A program made the translations under genes and the position numbers. Positions 22,641-35,357 of a stretch of 64,000 nt of DNA are shown piece after piece. Source of the DNA: Octopus vulgaris (lineage: Eukaryota); the NCBI GenBank assembly GCA_951406725.2, contig OX597814.1:121024001-121088000 (forward strand), in the 5' to 3' direction. The stretch's first letter is position 1. The number at the start of each line of letters is the position of its first letter. The notes beneath the pieces were generated by a model. The model was given only the letters and a program-made list of their open reading frames with translations. It searched no databases and had not been told where the DNA came from.

Positions 22641-25600
22641 AAGAAAGATAGTTGTCAGACTGATAGGCAATGACAAATTTCAATATATAGGAGAAATTTC
22701 TCGAGAGAAATATGTATGGTGCGCTTTGAAGCTGATGTATAAAATATTTTGTCGAGGTTCACTTTATTGTGTCCCTTTTAGCATAAGAAATAATGCAAAC
22801 AAGCATTGCGAGTAAGTAATACTGATGGGAGTGAAGGGGAAAATAATATGTTGGAAATTATTTTGTGTTAGTTTGAGCGACAAACGTGCAGCACAATCGT
22901 TAGGTTTATTTTGGCAAACAAATCACTTTATATAAGAGGACTGTAAATTTAGTGGACTCACTTTGCATGAGATATGGAGATGCATTGCAGGTTGAGAGTT
23001 TAACAGCGGATAGGCCAGACTAATACATCGTATATTTATTGTTGTTGATGCATAAATGTGTATGAGATGGATTGCAGGATAACGTTCTGATATATTTCTA
23101 GCAGTATATCTTACTTAAATATTTCCGACGTGGCTGCACATGAACTATATGAGTATCTGAGTGTTGTAGGCATAGTGTGATAGGAATATTGTCGACCACA
23201 TAATTATCTGACTCGGATTGAGAATGAAATACGTTAGTTACTAAAGTCAGTAACCATTGATCACGCGTTATTAACTTAAAATACAGATAATAATAAGTTG
23301 ATATTTTGTGATAGGGAATAATGTCTGGAAAGAAAACGCTTTAACGAGAATGGAGATAGGTGAGGATACTAACTATTGGAGAGAGTTAATAATAACTAGC
23401 GAATAGGATTCCCATACTGCTGTCATGGGGAGGGAGAAGAATGAGACCTAAGGATAGTAATGTGCTTTGAAATTGTCGAGAGTGACGACTTTTGATAATA
23501 AAAGAAAAGGTTGCTTACAGGATATTCAATCCTTTTCTGCTGTAATATTAAACCAATTGTGGTAACATCAAAGAATCAATTTACGAACCAAGCGGAAACA
23601 AAAATCTCAATAGCCGTTCACACATCAATGGCGTATTATTGTGAAAGGTATGAGGCGTTTCTTTAAATCAAACAACAACCGAATAAAGTAAGGAGAATAA
23701 AAGCGAAGAACACAAGTACTAAACGATATAAAAAAAAAACATCACATTCCACGTTAAAATACAACACGGTAAAAAAAACAACACCAACCATAACGTAATA
23801 GACTAGAGTCGCAACAATAAAAGCACGAAATAGCTGTTTTAAAAGAAAAATGAGGAACCAGATATATCAAACCTAAAAGTGTCAAGTGCGCTTAAGAAAC
23901 ACATCTAATGTTGTCAGTAACAAATTAATGTAGTCGCTAACAAATAGGATCAATAATATTGAATTAAGTTTTAATATATTCATTCAGACAAACGGCAAAC
24001 ACTACGAAATGTGAGGATATCGTAAAGCAGAATCTAAATCTCATGTGAAAATTTCAGATCATATGGCGAATAAATTATGCAGATTTACCGATTGTAATCC
24101 GGCTAACGCAAACCACAGGATGTGTTCTTAATAAACCCGAGGATATTTTAGCGATAAGTCAACGAGGAGCGAAATGATGCAATATATGAGGTAATAATAG
24201 AAAATAAATTAATAATATCAATCAAATAAAAATTCAACTCCAAAAAAAAAGTAACACTTAACATTGGCGATGAACTAAGACACACTACTTATGCAGAATC
24301 GTAGATTAATTCAGAAGTTTACAGCTATTAAATGACGGCTAAAAGAAAAGTAATATACTGATGAGATTTCATACTTATTTTTCTAAAGTATCCTGTCACT
24401 AGTGAGACCAATGGCATATCACTTCTGAATTGCAAACAAATTTCTATTTGATGTTGAGAGGAGAGTTATATAACTGTAGAATAAATACTCGTTAAAACAA
24501 GGTTGTTCGGAGATGGTCCACATGAAAGAATTAGAAAATTGTGCAGTACTAGTGGGTTCATAAGTAAGTAGTTAGATTCCCTATAATCTAAATTTTACTG
24601 AATATGGCTAGTAATTTATTACAAATATGTGATATTCTCACTGTAAGTCTGAAAGCACTGATATGGCCATGGACGCCGTTGGAAAATATTTTATGCAAAA
24701 CATGCAAACACCAGCAATTAGTACCATGAAGTACTTAATAGTAGAAGTGCATGGATATCTCAGAATCGTACTTCATTTAATGCATATCTAATAGACTCTG
24801 ATAATCATAGGAAATATATTTGAATCACAATAGCTAAGAAGGAAGCATTAAAATCCCCCAAAAGTGCAAGGGGTAATTTACAATATCAAGTTGATAAACA
24901 TGTATTTGAATAATCCTCAAAACCATGAAAGAACTTAATACCAGATGTATACATAATAAAACGAAAAAAGGAAATTAACAAAAATAATATTTTTTTTTTG
25001 TGCAACAAAAAGAAATCGCAGTATACCTGGAGTTGAAACAAATGAGTACTCATTCGTTAACACAAAAGTATCCTGAAGCAAGGTTCGTAAACATAGCACA
25101 TAGTAGAGTGCACATGAATAAGCTCGCGTATTGTTAATTTTGAAGAGGCAAACCACATATGCAGAAACTAGATAAATATGAATGGATCGTGAGATATATC
25201 TGTACGAAAGATTCTGTTGCTATTTAAGGATAGAGAGCTTATGGATATGAAATCAGAAAACTAGATAGAAAATGTTTCTTTTACTAGCGTTAATATGTTT
25301 TATTCGTAGTATAATCGTGATAAGGATAACTCTCACAAAGAGAGGAAATACTACCCATATATATATATATATATATATATTTAGTATATACAGATATAGA
25401 TGCATACGCGCGTGTGTGTAAAAGCATATATATATATGCTTTTACACACGCGCACGTATGTATCTATATCTGTATGTACTATTGCCCCAACTGCCACTGC
25501 GAAGCTCCTGGAGTAAATCTACGGGTAACAACAGGCAACATAAACTGGACTGGTGCTTTACTCATCATCTATTTATACATTCTCTATCATTATTTTCATT

Positions 25601-25696
25601 ATGTATATATATATTATATTATATTATATTATATCATGATATATTATATTATATTCATTCGGAATGGCTCGAGGAATTGAGTACATTTTGAGCACT

Positions 25697-26745
25697 GGCA
25701 ATGATGTAAACAATTGACCGTAGCCCTCAAATTTCAGTACTTTACGCAATATACGTGCTGTTCCAAGTAATGCTGATTTTTGCAATACACCTAGATTATA
25801 GGGCATTTCTAAAGTTTCCATATGTTTCTTCAAGTTGGGCGGTATTGAATCCAATGCTCCGATGACGAAAGGGACAAAATTCGTTGCACTGTTGTAATTG
25901 CCACACCTTATCGATCTCAATTCTCAGGTCTCTATATTTATTAACCTTTCCTCTTTTTTACATGATAAAATGTTGATCTCCTGCCACTGCCACGTTGGTT
26001 ATTAAGCACTGTTGTTTCTCCCTCCAAAATGTTACTATGTCCGCCCTTCGGTACTCTAACACCTTGTCTGTCTAGAAGTCAAAATCCCAGAGAAATTTTG
26101 CCTTCCCCTTGTCGTCCATTACCTTTTCCGGTGTATGTTGGTACCAATCACCTGTAACGCTATAACCATTCTTTCGGCATAGTAGCCAGTGCAGGTTTTA
26201 CGCTACCTTGTCGTGTCTCCGCTTGTATTCATTCTGCGCAAGACTTTCATAGGAACTAACAATATGAATCAAGCTTTCGACCCTCTTCTCACACATTCTG
26301 TAAAGGTTCGTTGCACTTTTGTGGTATATATCCCTTTTCACTGAGTTAGTATTCAATGCCTGAAACGGGGCAGCAACGATTAGACTTTCAGTCCTCTTTT
26401 TTAGGTCACACTTGCTGAACCACCTTAATGTTGCTTCCTCGTCTTTTAAGTTGTTAGTTTCTTGGTGGGACTGGTCATGCAATTCTATGCGGAGTAGAGT
26501 TTCTACTCTCTCGTTGGCTATTAGTGGTCGGGATTGATTAGCACTCCCAAGTCTATTTGTGGTAAATCCTTCTGCATTAGAAGGATACTGCAGCAGGTTT
26601 TGTTTGCTGTTTACCGAATATACTGTCATGATTCTACTTTCACTGTTGATGCACTCCGTATGCTAATCAGCACACAACCGCCCTTCTACCTCTTCATGTA
26701 GAGCCTGTGTACGTTCGCCTTACGATGGAGAGTATTATGATTCAG
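25697..26745 (-). mobile_element. Dong/R4-clade LINE 3' fragment (zinc finger plus restriction-like endonuclease)
   Basis: TESLIVAA..QAL.TN, HIVSS...LAQNEYKRRHDKVA, and VPFVIGAL...LQKSALLGTARILRKVL. Confidence 0.85.
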
Positions 26746-26757
26746 TGCGACCATGTG

Positions 26758-27162
26758 ATAGAGTATAGGAAGCCAGATATAGTCTTAATTGAGAAAGAAA
26801 ACAAGCTCTGCTGGATCGTAGATATATCATGTCCCAGCTGACAAGATATGCGATAATGAAGAAAGAAAAGTCGAGAGATATGAGAGGTTAGCTTGGGAGG
26901 TTAAGCAGGTGTGGTCGCGGTAAAAGGTGGTAGTAGTACCAAATAACTGTCGGTGCCCTGAGAACAGTGAGTAAAAAATATTGAGAAATATATGGAACAA
27001 ATAGGGGATGCAATAAGGGTGGAGCTCTTGCAGAAAACAGGACTGCTTGAAACCGCTCAAATACTCCGGAAGGTGCTTGAAAAATAAGAGGTGATACCTT
27101 AGTTCATTGGTAGTAAACAGCTTTCACCGTAATACATCTCCAGCGTTAGAAGCTGTACAAAG
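26758..27162 (+). mobile_element. Dong/R4-clade LINE 3' end
   Basis: RKPDIVLIEK..CWIVDISCP and LQKTGLLETAQILRKVL, followed by (TAA)n. Confidence 0.8.
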
Positions 27163-27378
27163 GTAATAATAATGATAATAATAATAATAATAATTATTAT
27201 TATTATTAGTGTTGTTGTTGTTGTTGTTGTTGTTGCTGCTGCTTTTGCTGTTGTTGTTGTTGTAATTGTTATATGAAAACTCATTGCTTATTTTGCTGGG
27301 CACGATGGAAATTGTCGGCTATCCACAGCCAGCAAACAAAGGTGACAGTGATTATTATTATTGATTGAGAGAGCAGTG

Positions 27379-27451
<73 letters not shown>

Positions 27452-27979
27452 ATATCTCACACAGTTCGCTTGTATCTTGAGCTAAGATGGAATTTTCTCC
27501 TCAGGTCTCGAAGGTCTTTGTGGAGACTCCTTTCGATGCCATGTGATATTCTGTTTCCTTTCATTCCTTCAGAATTGAGCTGTTGTTCTGACAATTTTGG
27601 TTACTAGATATGAATATGATACGCGCATATTTTGTCGTGTTGCACTTTTCTTATATTCATAGCCATGTCAAACAGACAATTTTTCTCGCCCCACAATCTA
27701 GAACCCTTTGTCAGCAATTCAAATTGATTGCAACTGTTTCTAAACATCTTACAGTGGAGATAATAACTTTACATTTCTACATTTTATGAAAATTACATTT
27801 TAGATCATGATATTCTCCTATATTTCTGAGTTATTTTCCCAACATTTTTGTGTGAAACAAACCAAGTAACAGCCATTAAGCACACACTCTGTTTCTTTAT
27901 CAAAAACTACAAAATTTGGGCGTGAATTATCATTACTATTATAATTACCATGATCTTTATTGTTTTATTATTATTATAA

Positions 27980-28190
27980 CGTCGTCTCCATCGTCGTCCT
28001 CATCAGCAGCAGCAGTGGCGTCATCATTACCACCGCCAGCACCACCATTATCATCACCGTCGTCATCAGCATCATCGTTATCATCATGGTCATCATTATC
28101 ATCATCATCATCATCATCACCATCAATCATCATATCATTATGGTAATCATTATCGTCGTTATCATCGTCATCATCATCATCAACATCATT
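27980..28190. repeat. Degenerate (CAT)n-type microsatellite
   Basis: Seen directly. Confidence 0.9.
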
Positions 28191-29527
28191 GTATGAATGC
28201 AGGAAAGGAATGAATAATAAAATAGGAAAATTATTCATGAAAACATAATTCATTGAATGAGCGGATCCTACCGAAAAGTATTCTGAAGAAATTTAAATAC
28301 AATTATTTTCCATGGAGAATTGCGTTACATTAGAACTAATAAAATTAAAGACGCTAATGAATTAACAAATTCGCTAAAAATTATATTGCCAAGAAACTAA
28401 TAATAAAAGGAGAATTAACAAATATAAGCTGCATTGAAAATCAGCTATAGATTAAGATGAATAATTCAACACTACCAAACAAACATAACAAGAGAGTTAC
28501 CTGGTGTTAGTGAGCCGACAATTATAAAATGCCCAGGTAGCCATATAACGATTGAATGTAGATTAATTGTCAGAAATGTTCAGCTAACTTTTTAACAGAA
28601 ATGGGAAAGAAATTTACTGTCTTATCAAGATTTGAACAATGGCCACACAAATCAGCAAATAAAACTGTCTAAACTGTGTGAAATTATTCTAATGATTGCA
28701 CAAAACAGTTCCGTTCTAACTTCGAAGACTCCGAGGTATGTCATTGAAAGAGTTATATCAAGTAACTGAAATGTGCTAAGGTAATTCTTTACCAGTGTTT
28801 TTAAGTATTCTATGTTCTCCAGTTAAACTGAATCATATGATATATATGATATGGTTAGACAAATAAATTATTAAAAACACGCAGTTTCTTAGAAATGTTT
28901 CGCCTAAATCATAGTGAGGGAAACACTACAGGGAAAATAGAAATTCAAATTATCTAGAAAAATTCTTAAGAAATAATGGGCGTATACGCAATTAAATCAT
29001 CGATTGTCGTCATAAGTGTGAGATAAAGGTGTTCCTTCAATATATCTGACGCTGGATGGAGGCTACCTTAGACTGAGGTTCAACAATGTCTGACGAGAGA
29101 AGTTTAGTTTCGTAAATGATTGTTCGTGTAGCTATGGTCGCAGATGGAAGATCTAAATGTCTTACTATAGAGGCTAGGAATTATTTAACAAATTTCATTC
29201 TATTCTCGCTCCTAGATTTATTTATGGATATATTCCTCTTTCATACCTTCAATCTCTCTCTAGCAATGAGACCACAAAAGTGAATGTCCCGTTAGCGGTC
29301 TGTCACAAATGATGTGAGTTGATATGACTTTTCTACCCTGAGATATTCTGGTTTTTCCTTTCTACATTGATTCATAGGCACAACGAAGGCGATTTTATAA
29401 CAATTAATAGAGGAATACCTGACAGAGTGGTGTGTCAGGTATGCAGACTGCACATGGAAACTATTTCAGTTGGCAATGGTGTTGCGCGAATTTTTAATGC
29501 AACTGGAGTCTTTTCACCATAGGATTG

Positions 29528-30243
29528 TACGAGGGAAAGTCAAAAATTATACGCACGCTTGTTTTTTTCAATGTATTTACCCAACAGCAGACGATAAACA
29601 AGTACTTCGTTTTTCTATATGGTCTCCTTCCTTTTCGATGCACTTGCTCCAGCGTTCCACAAGCTTGTGCATACCCTCCAAGAAGAAGGTTTTCGGTTGG
29701 TCATGCAACCATTTGTGTACTGCTTTCTTCATATTTTCATCCTTAGGAATTCAACGACCGCGTAAACCATCTTTAAACGGTCACAGGTATACTAATCGGA
29801 AGGCACAAGCTCTGGGCTGTAGATAGGGTGTGTGTTCCAGCATCTCAAAACTTAATTGGTTAATAGTTTCTATGATCTGGGATGTCGGGTGTAGGCGCGC
29901 ATTGTCATGCAACAACAAAATATCCTTCAACAATAGGCGTCGCCATTTTGTACAATTGCTGGCTTCTGTTTGTTGGCCAGAAAAGCACTGTATCTTGCAC
30001 TGTTAATCGTACACCCCTTTTCCAGAGAAATGGGATCACTACTCTTGTTTCTTCTTTGACGCACATTCCTAGTGAAGCAGCCTTTCGTACACTGTAAAGC
30101 CAGAAAGAAAACAGGCGCGATCAGGCTCAAACTTCGATCACGTGACAACAATTGTACCAACTATAATCACGCATGCGCAGAAGGCAGTGGGGTAATAATA
30201 AAGCTATGTGATAACGAAAATCCGGATAATTTTTGAGTTCGTA
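29528..30243 (-). mobile_element. Internally deleted mariner transposon
   Basis: TIR TACGAGGGAAAGTCAAAAATTAT with a decayed partner ATAATTTTTGAGTTCGTA. Minus-strand LLHDNARLH and a decayed HPPYSPDLAP-like segment. Confidence 0.7.
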
Positions 30244-30901
30244 TATGCATCGAGATATTTCAGCCACAAATTGAGAGTATCTTCAGGGCAAACTAGATTT
30301 TAGACTCGAGCTGCTTAATGGGTCATCTATGTCTGGTTCAAGTTTCACACGAATTGCAGGAATGTGAAAACTGGGGCTGTTTGGTGAACGAGAAAATTAA
30401 CGAGGATGAAGTAGTTATTTAGAAACACCGATTACTTGAGCTTTCAAAACTGCCAAGACGGCAGTTGCAGATTTTCCCGAACATGAGCATCCGGAACACA
30501 GACATATATATATAGTAAACTATGGTTGCAGAACAAACAAATATAAGGTCATCCACGTAACATATAACATCTCGAATATTTAATCACATAATACATTTTC
30601 TTACACATAGAATATAGATGCATAAAATCACAGAAGATGAAAGATAATTCATTAATACAGGCATATAAGAGAAATGTGTGAGTACAGTCTATCGCGATTA
30701 AAAATTAATACTTTAGCGACTAAAAAAATATATTTTAACGTTATAACATCTAGAATAATAAATATATAAAAACATAAAGAAATATATAAATATATAAGAA
30801 AATATAAAAATACATATATATAGGAAACATATAAATATATATCATATAATGTAAGATAAAAGTTCATCGTTTAGAATATTTTTCGTTTAAAAGTTACTTT
30901 T

Positions 30902-30958
<57 letters not shown>

Positions 30959-31819
30959 AATGTAGGATAAAATTTTTCGAAGAAAAAAATGTTATCAATG
31001 GCCAGCATATTAAAAAAACCTTTAAAGGTTAAATTTATAAACAACTTATAAGTAAGGGCAAACGAAAAGATTTCTAATGCCAAATATGCCGAAAATTGGA
31101 CATATTGTCCATAACCATATAATTTATCACAATAAGCACGTTACTCGAAAAAGGTCGACAGAAATATCTAAAAAATTTCGTTATTACCATATCGGACCGA
31201 TTTCAGGGTTAGTTCATAGGAACCTTCCCTTCGTCAGTGATAAATGCGGCAAAGAGATAAATGAAATACTTACTCATACCCATGGAAGAAGCAAACACTA
31301 AGTCATGAGCACAATTAAGTACTCCAAATATATCCAAAATAGAAATTCTCCAGCCCATTCGAGGCACGTGCGATTCGAACTGAAACTCTCACAGAGTGAG
31401 AGAGTCCGGAAGTGAACACTATTAAATTTACATCAACTTATACGTTGTTTATATATATATATTTAGAATTACTACAATATAGTTTCATGTAGCAGTGCCT
31501 TAGGGGTGAGATACTGTAGAAAAAATTGTCGTGCATCATAGATGCAAATTCTTCTCTTCGGGTGACGTTTCAAACTGTACCTCGTTTATATTTGTAGTTT
31601 CACTTATTTTGATAACGATACATTTTAGTCAGTGCAACATGCTCTCCCTCTCTATAAAAAGAATGCGATATAATGAAAGAATCTTTCTCATATAAGCATT
31701 ACATAAAGTATTCAACTATAAAAGTATAAGACATCAAAAACAGAATAAAAGGATATGAGAACTCAGAAGGCGCAATCTTTAACGAAGGAAGCAGCAACGT
31801 CCTCTCAACGACTAGCTGG

Positions 31820-32118
31820 AGAAAAGTTTTAAAATGAGAATATTTTAAATAAAATGAACTGCTCTCACAAGCGAGAATACAAAAAATAAACCCGTTCGCT
31901 CTCAAAAATTAAGTAAAAACAGTGAAAATAATCCAGAAACCTTGTCTGGTACCGGATTTATCCCAAAATCTAATCAGTTCGTGCCAATACGAGGTCAAAC
32001 ATCCTTGAAAGTTTCATCCGAATCTAGCCAGCGTTTCTTGAGATATATTGTCTACGGAAAAGCAAACAGACAAACAAACAAACACGACTGAAACAATACA
32101 TCTAAGGCGGTGGTAATA
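31820..32118 (-). mobile_element. Non-autonomous DNA element (Crypton-like), same family as 40296-40630
   Basis: Shares AAAATCTAATCAGTTCGTGCCA...GAAAGTTTCATCCGAATC with 40296-40630 in the opposite orientation. TTATTACC..CGCC terminus. Class assignment is from memory. Confidence 0.5.
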
Positions 32119-32384
32119 AAATTTAATACTCCGACAATAGGAGAGTTAAAATTATTAAAAAAAATATCTCTGCGATCATTACAGTACAAATAAAAACAAT
32201 CGGACATTTATATTGACGTTTACATTTCATCATAACAAATATGTTAGGGAGATGTACTCGCATAGCAAGTGATTTGATCTGAGATCGTGTGCTGAAACGA
32301 AAACAATTGCAGCGTGGAAGGTGTTTGTAAGCCATTTAAGAAACACACAAAAGCCGTTCGATTCACTTCAACATTTAAGTTTAA

Positions 32385-32434
32385 TTTGTCAAAATATTTT
32401 CGTTGCTAAAATCCGCGACCTGTTCACTGACAAA
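32385..32434 (-). ncRNA. Type I hammerhead, G3-C8 core variant, in a PLE end (~32245-32445)
   Basis: Minus strand: TTTGTCA-GTGAACA-G GTCGC GGATTTTA GCAAC-GAAAA TA TTT^TGACAAA. Perfect 7-bp stem I, palindromic stem III. Confidence 0.65.
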
Positions 32435-32538
32435 AATCCGTGCTGCATCTGTTATCTGATATGTTAGCATATCCACCTATATGCACACACATACACACGC
32501 ATAAATTCATACTTACTGTTAACTATATACACCCACAC

Positions 32539-32581
<43 letters not shown>

Positions 32582-32680
32582 CAAATTAGAGACAAAACCA
32601 CTATTATGCAAATCAAACAAAGAAAGACTTAAGCCAATACAGAAAATAATTTATATAAATTAAAATTTAACAGATGAATA

Positions 32681-32730
32681 ACCACTACGATCGTTTCGTG
32701 TCAGCACATCTTAGACATTCTTCAGGTGGT
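32681..32730 (-). ncRNA. Canonical minimal type I hammerhead in a PLE end (~32575-32850)
   Basis: Minus strand: ACCAC-CTGAAGA-ATGTC..GACAC-GAAAC GATC GTA^GTGGT. Palindromic ACGATCGT stem III. Confidence 0.85.
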
Positions 32731-32864
32731 TTCAAAACCTTCTTAGCGAGTTTTAAATTATGAACTCTGTAAAATTTTACTATAAAATTGGATTCAATCT
32801 TAAATATGATTTTCCTTGTAAATTTGGATTTATTCCCTAATATTTATTATTATATATATATATA

Positions 32865-32920
<56 letters not shown>

Positions 32921-33101
32921 AAACGTACTTTGTGGATGTTTCATGCGCTCATACACACGCATCTCTCTCTCACTTATTCACTCTTTCTCTCCCCCCTCTC
33001 TCTCTCTGTATATATATATATATATATATAATTAAAATCAGGATCGGATCTATTTTTAGCGCAAGAGCGTCCACATACTGGATTATCTCTTATATTTGTG
33101 T

Positions 33102-33132
<31 letters not shown>

Positions 33133-33139
33133 ATATATA

Positions 33140-34158
33140 AAGAAAGTGCGTAAGATATTTGAGGATTCATGTTTATAAAAAGGAAACAAATATATAATAA
33201 CAGATAATAACTTTATTATCAGAAATTCTATGAAGGTAAAAGTATACCTTCTTTTCTATAATGTTATTCGATAAATTCACCTTCAGCTTTAATAACTGCT
33301 TCTATGCTAGGTCGAAATCATCTACATGTTCGAATCAATTTGTTCCGATTCACTTTGGACATTACTCTGAATATGGTGGCTTTCAAAGTATCTTTGGTGT
33401 TATGGGCATATTCACTGACCTCTCTCTTAACAATGCACTGCAATTAATAGTCCAGTGGACAGAGATCTGGAGAATCAGGAAGACAAATTTTAGGGGCTGT
33501 ATTCATGAAAATTTTCAACCATCCATTCCTGCATTACTTGAGACTTGTGTGATGGTGCAGAGTCTTATTGAAACAAATAGGGCCTTCTATTGTGTATACT
33601 GTCTATCCAGGGCTTAACAACTGTTTTCCCTACCTCAATGTATGTAGCAGAATTAACTCTAAGGCCTTGTGGAAAGAGGTAACGCGTTATCACATATCCT
33701 TCATTGCTGACAACGCCTAAAACCATAACAGTTGCAGAAAATTTTCTATGCATAACTCTTCGAACTTCAGAAGGGCCTGCACATAACCATCTATCATTTC
33801 TTCTGTTAAAGTTTTGATCTTAGTTGAAGTTTTTCTTGTCTGAGAAAAAACAAAACATATCTTATACTGGATTTTACTATCTCATATAACTATTTAAAAG
33901 AGCTTTTTCAATCTGATATAGAGATTTTCTTTTACTTTTTCTAACATAAATTGGTCTTTCCTCATCTCATAAGTCTTCTATCTTATGTTTTCGTGGAAAG
34001 CATTTCTGATTGTTCCTTCTGAGACATATTGACTTTTTTCAATTGACCTCATTAGTTTTCTGGCATTGTAATCAAGGGTCTGTTGAACCTGCTGGATAAA
34101 TACAGGTGCTCTGATGATTTCAAAAGATTTACGTCCACAAATATCCTACGCACCCTGT
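33140..34158 (-). mobile_element. Decayed Tc1/mariner superfamily transposon (maT/DD37D-like)
   Basis: TIRs GTGCGTAAGATATTTGAGGA and TCCACAAATATCCTACGCACCCTG. Motifs VMVLGVVSNEG, VNSATYIEV..VVKPWI and PDSPDLCPLDY. Confidence 0.8.
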
Positions 34159-34179
34159 GAATATACATATATAGGTACA

Positions 34180-34221
<42 letters not shown>

Positions 34222-34223
34222 TT

Positions 34224-34307
34224 AACTGTTGCTTTTGGAGACATTACGAAAATTTATATATATAGAGAGAGTCTCTCGAATTTTCGTAATGTCTCCAAAA
34301 GCAACTG

Positions 34308-34309
<2 letters not shown>
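34224..34309. repeat. Short inverted repeat (27-bp perfect arms)
   Basis: GTTGCTTTTGGAGACATTACGAAAATT / AATTTTCGTAATGTCTCCAAAAGCAAC. Confidence 0.9.
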
Positions 34310-34346
<37 letters not shown>

Positions 34347-34493
34347 GAAATAGAAAGATGAATAATCTTGTTGCAGATTAATCAAAAGTTTAACCGATAC
34401 CTTGGTAGCAAAAATCACAGCAGAAGACAGCACGGTTAGAGGTACAACCATATGGTGTTGCAACCGTGCGTTGGTGCGGATAATTGAATTTTA

Positions 34494-35175
34494 ATATTAT
34501 TAGTGAATTGAAGAAATGGAGTTGAACGAAGATTGAACAGAAATCGTTTTATTGCATTCTGCGTTCGCGAACCGACTGGCCCGGACGCGACGGCGTGCCG
34601 CCGCCGGGCTCGCGCGGGCCGAGCCGACCGGGTCACCGCCGCCGCTCCGCAACCGACGCCGCAACCACGCCGCGACCGCCCCCGCGAGGTGGACGGCAGC
34701 CGGACGCGGCCGCAGCACCGGACGCGAAGGAGAGCGGTGGCAACGGCAAGCCCGGGCCGCGCGCGGAGCTACCGACGACGGCTTCGGCGCCGCTGCGCTA
34801 CCGGAAAAGCACTAATCGACGATTAGCGCGTCGATTAGTGCTTTTCCGGTAGCGCGGCGGCGCCGAAGCCGTCGTCGGTAGCTCCGCGCGCGGCCCGGGC
34901 TTGCCGTTGCCGCCGCTCTCCTTCGCGTCCGGCGCTGCGGCCGCGTCCGGCGCTGCGGCCGCGTCCGGCTGCCGTCCGCCCTCGCGGGGGCGGTCGCGGC
35001 GTGGTTGCGGCGTCGGTTGCGGAGCGGTGGCGGTGACCCGGTCGGCTCGGCCCGCGCGAGCCCGGCGGCGGCACGCCGTCGCGTCCGGGCCAGTCGGTTG
35101 GCGAACGCAGAATGCAATAAAACGATTTCTGTTCAATCTTCGTTCAACTCCATTTCTTCAATTCACTAATAATAT
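34494..35175. repeat. GC-rich fold-back element, arms ~330-350 bp, 7-nt loop (34822-34828)
   Basis: The arms are near-perfect reverse complements from TATTATTAGTGAATTGAAG to GCACTAATCGACG. Confidence 0.95.
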
Positions 35176-35184
35176 ATATTCACT

Positions 35185-35276
<92 letters not shown>

Positions 35277-35277
35277 G

Positions 35278-35357
<80 letters not shown>

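Noticed and set aside
22650-23520. Possible very old PLE RT remnants on the minus strand (also 12830-13400)
   Set aside because: Motifs are too eroded to support a call by eye.
34560-35105. rDNA spacer, bacterial contaminant or AAV-ITR interpretation of the GC-rich block
   Set aside because: No rRNA core, no coding pattern and no Rep-binding repeats. It is continuous with AT-rich, TA-embedded termini that recur at 57835.
35060-35105. A GC-converted hammerhead (CCGGCGG...GGGCC AGTC GGTT) just upstream of AATAAA
   Set aside because: The position fits a PLE end, but the GAAA equivalent is one base short and stem I is unclear. Too speculative without family alignment.
34436-35136. Ala/Arg/Pro-rich ORFs in the GC hairpin
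   Set aside because: Open on both strands only because of GC content and symmetry. No domain signal.
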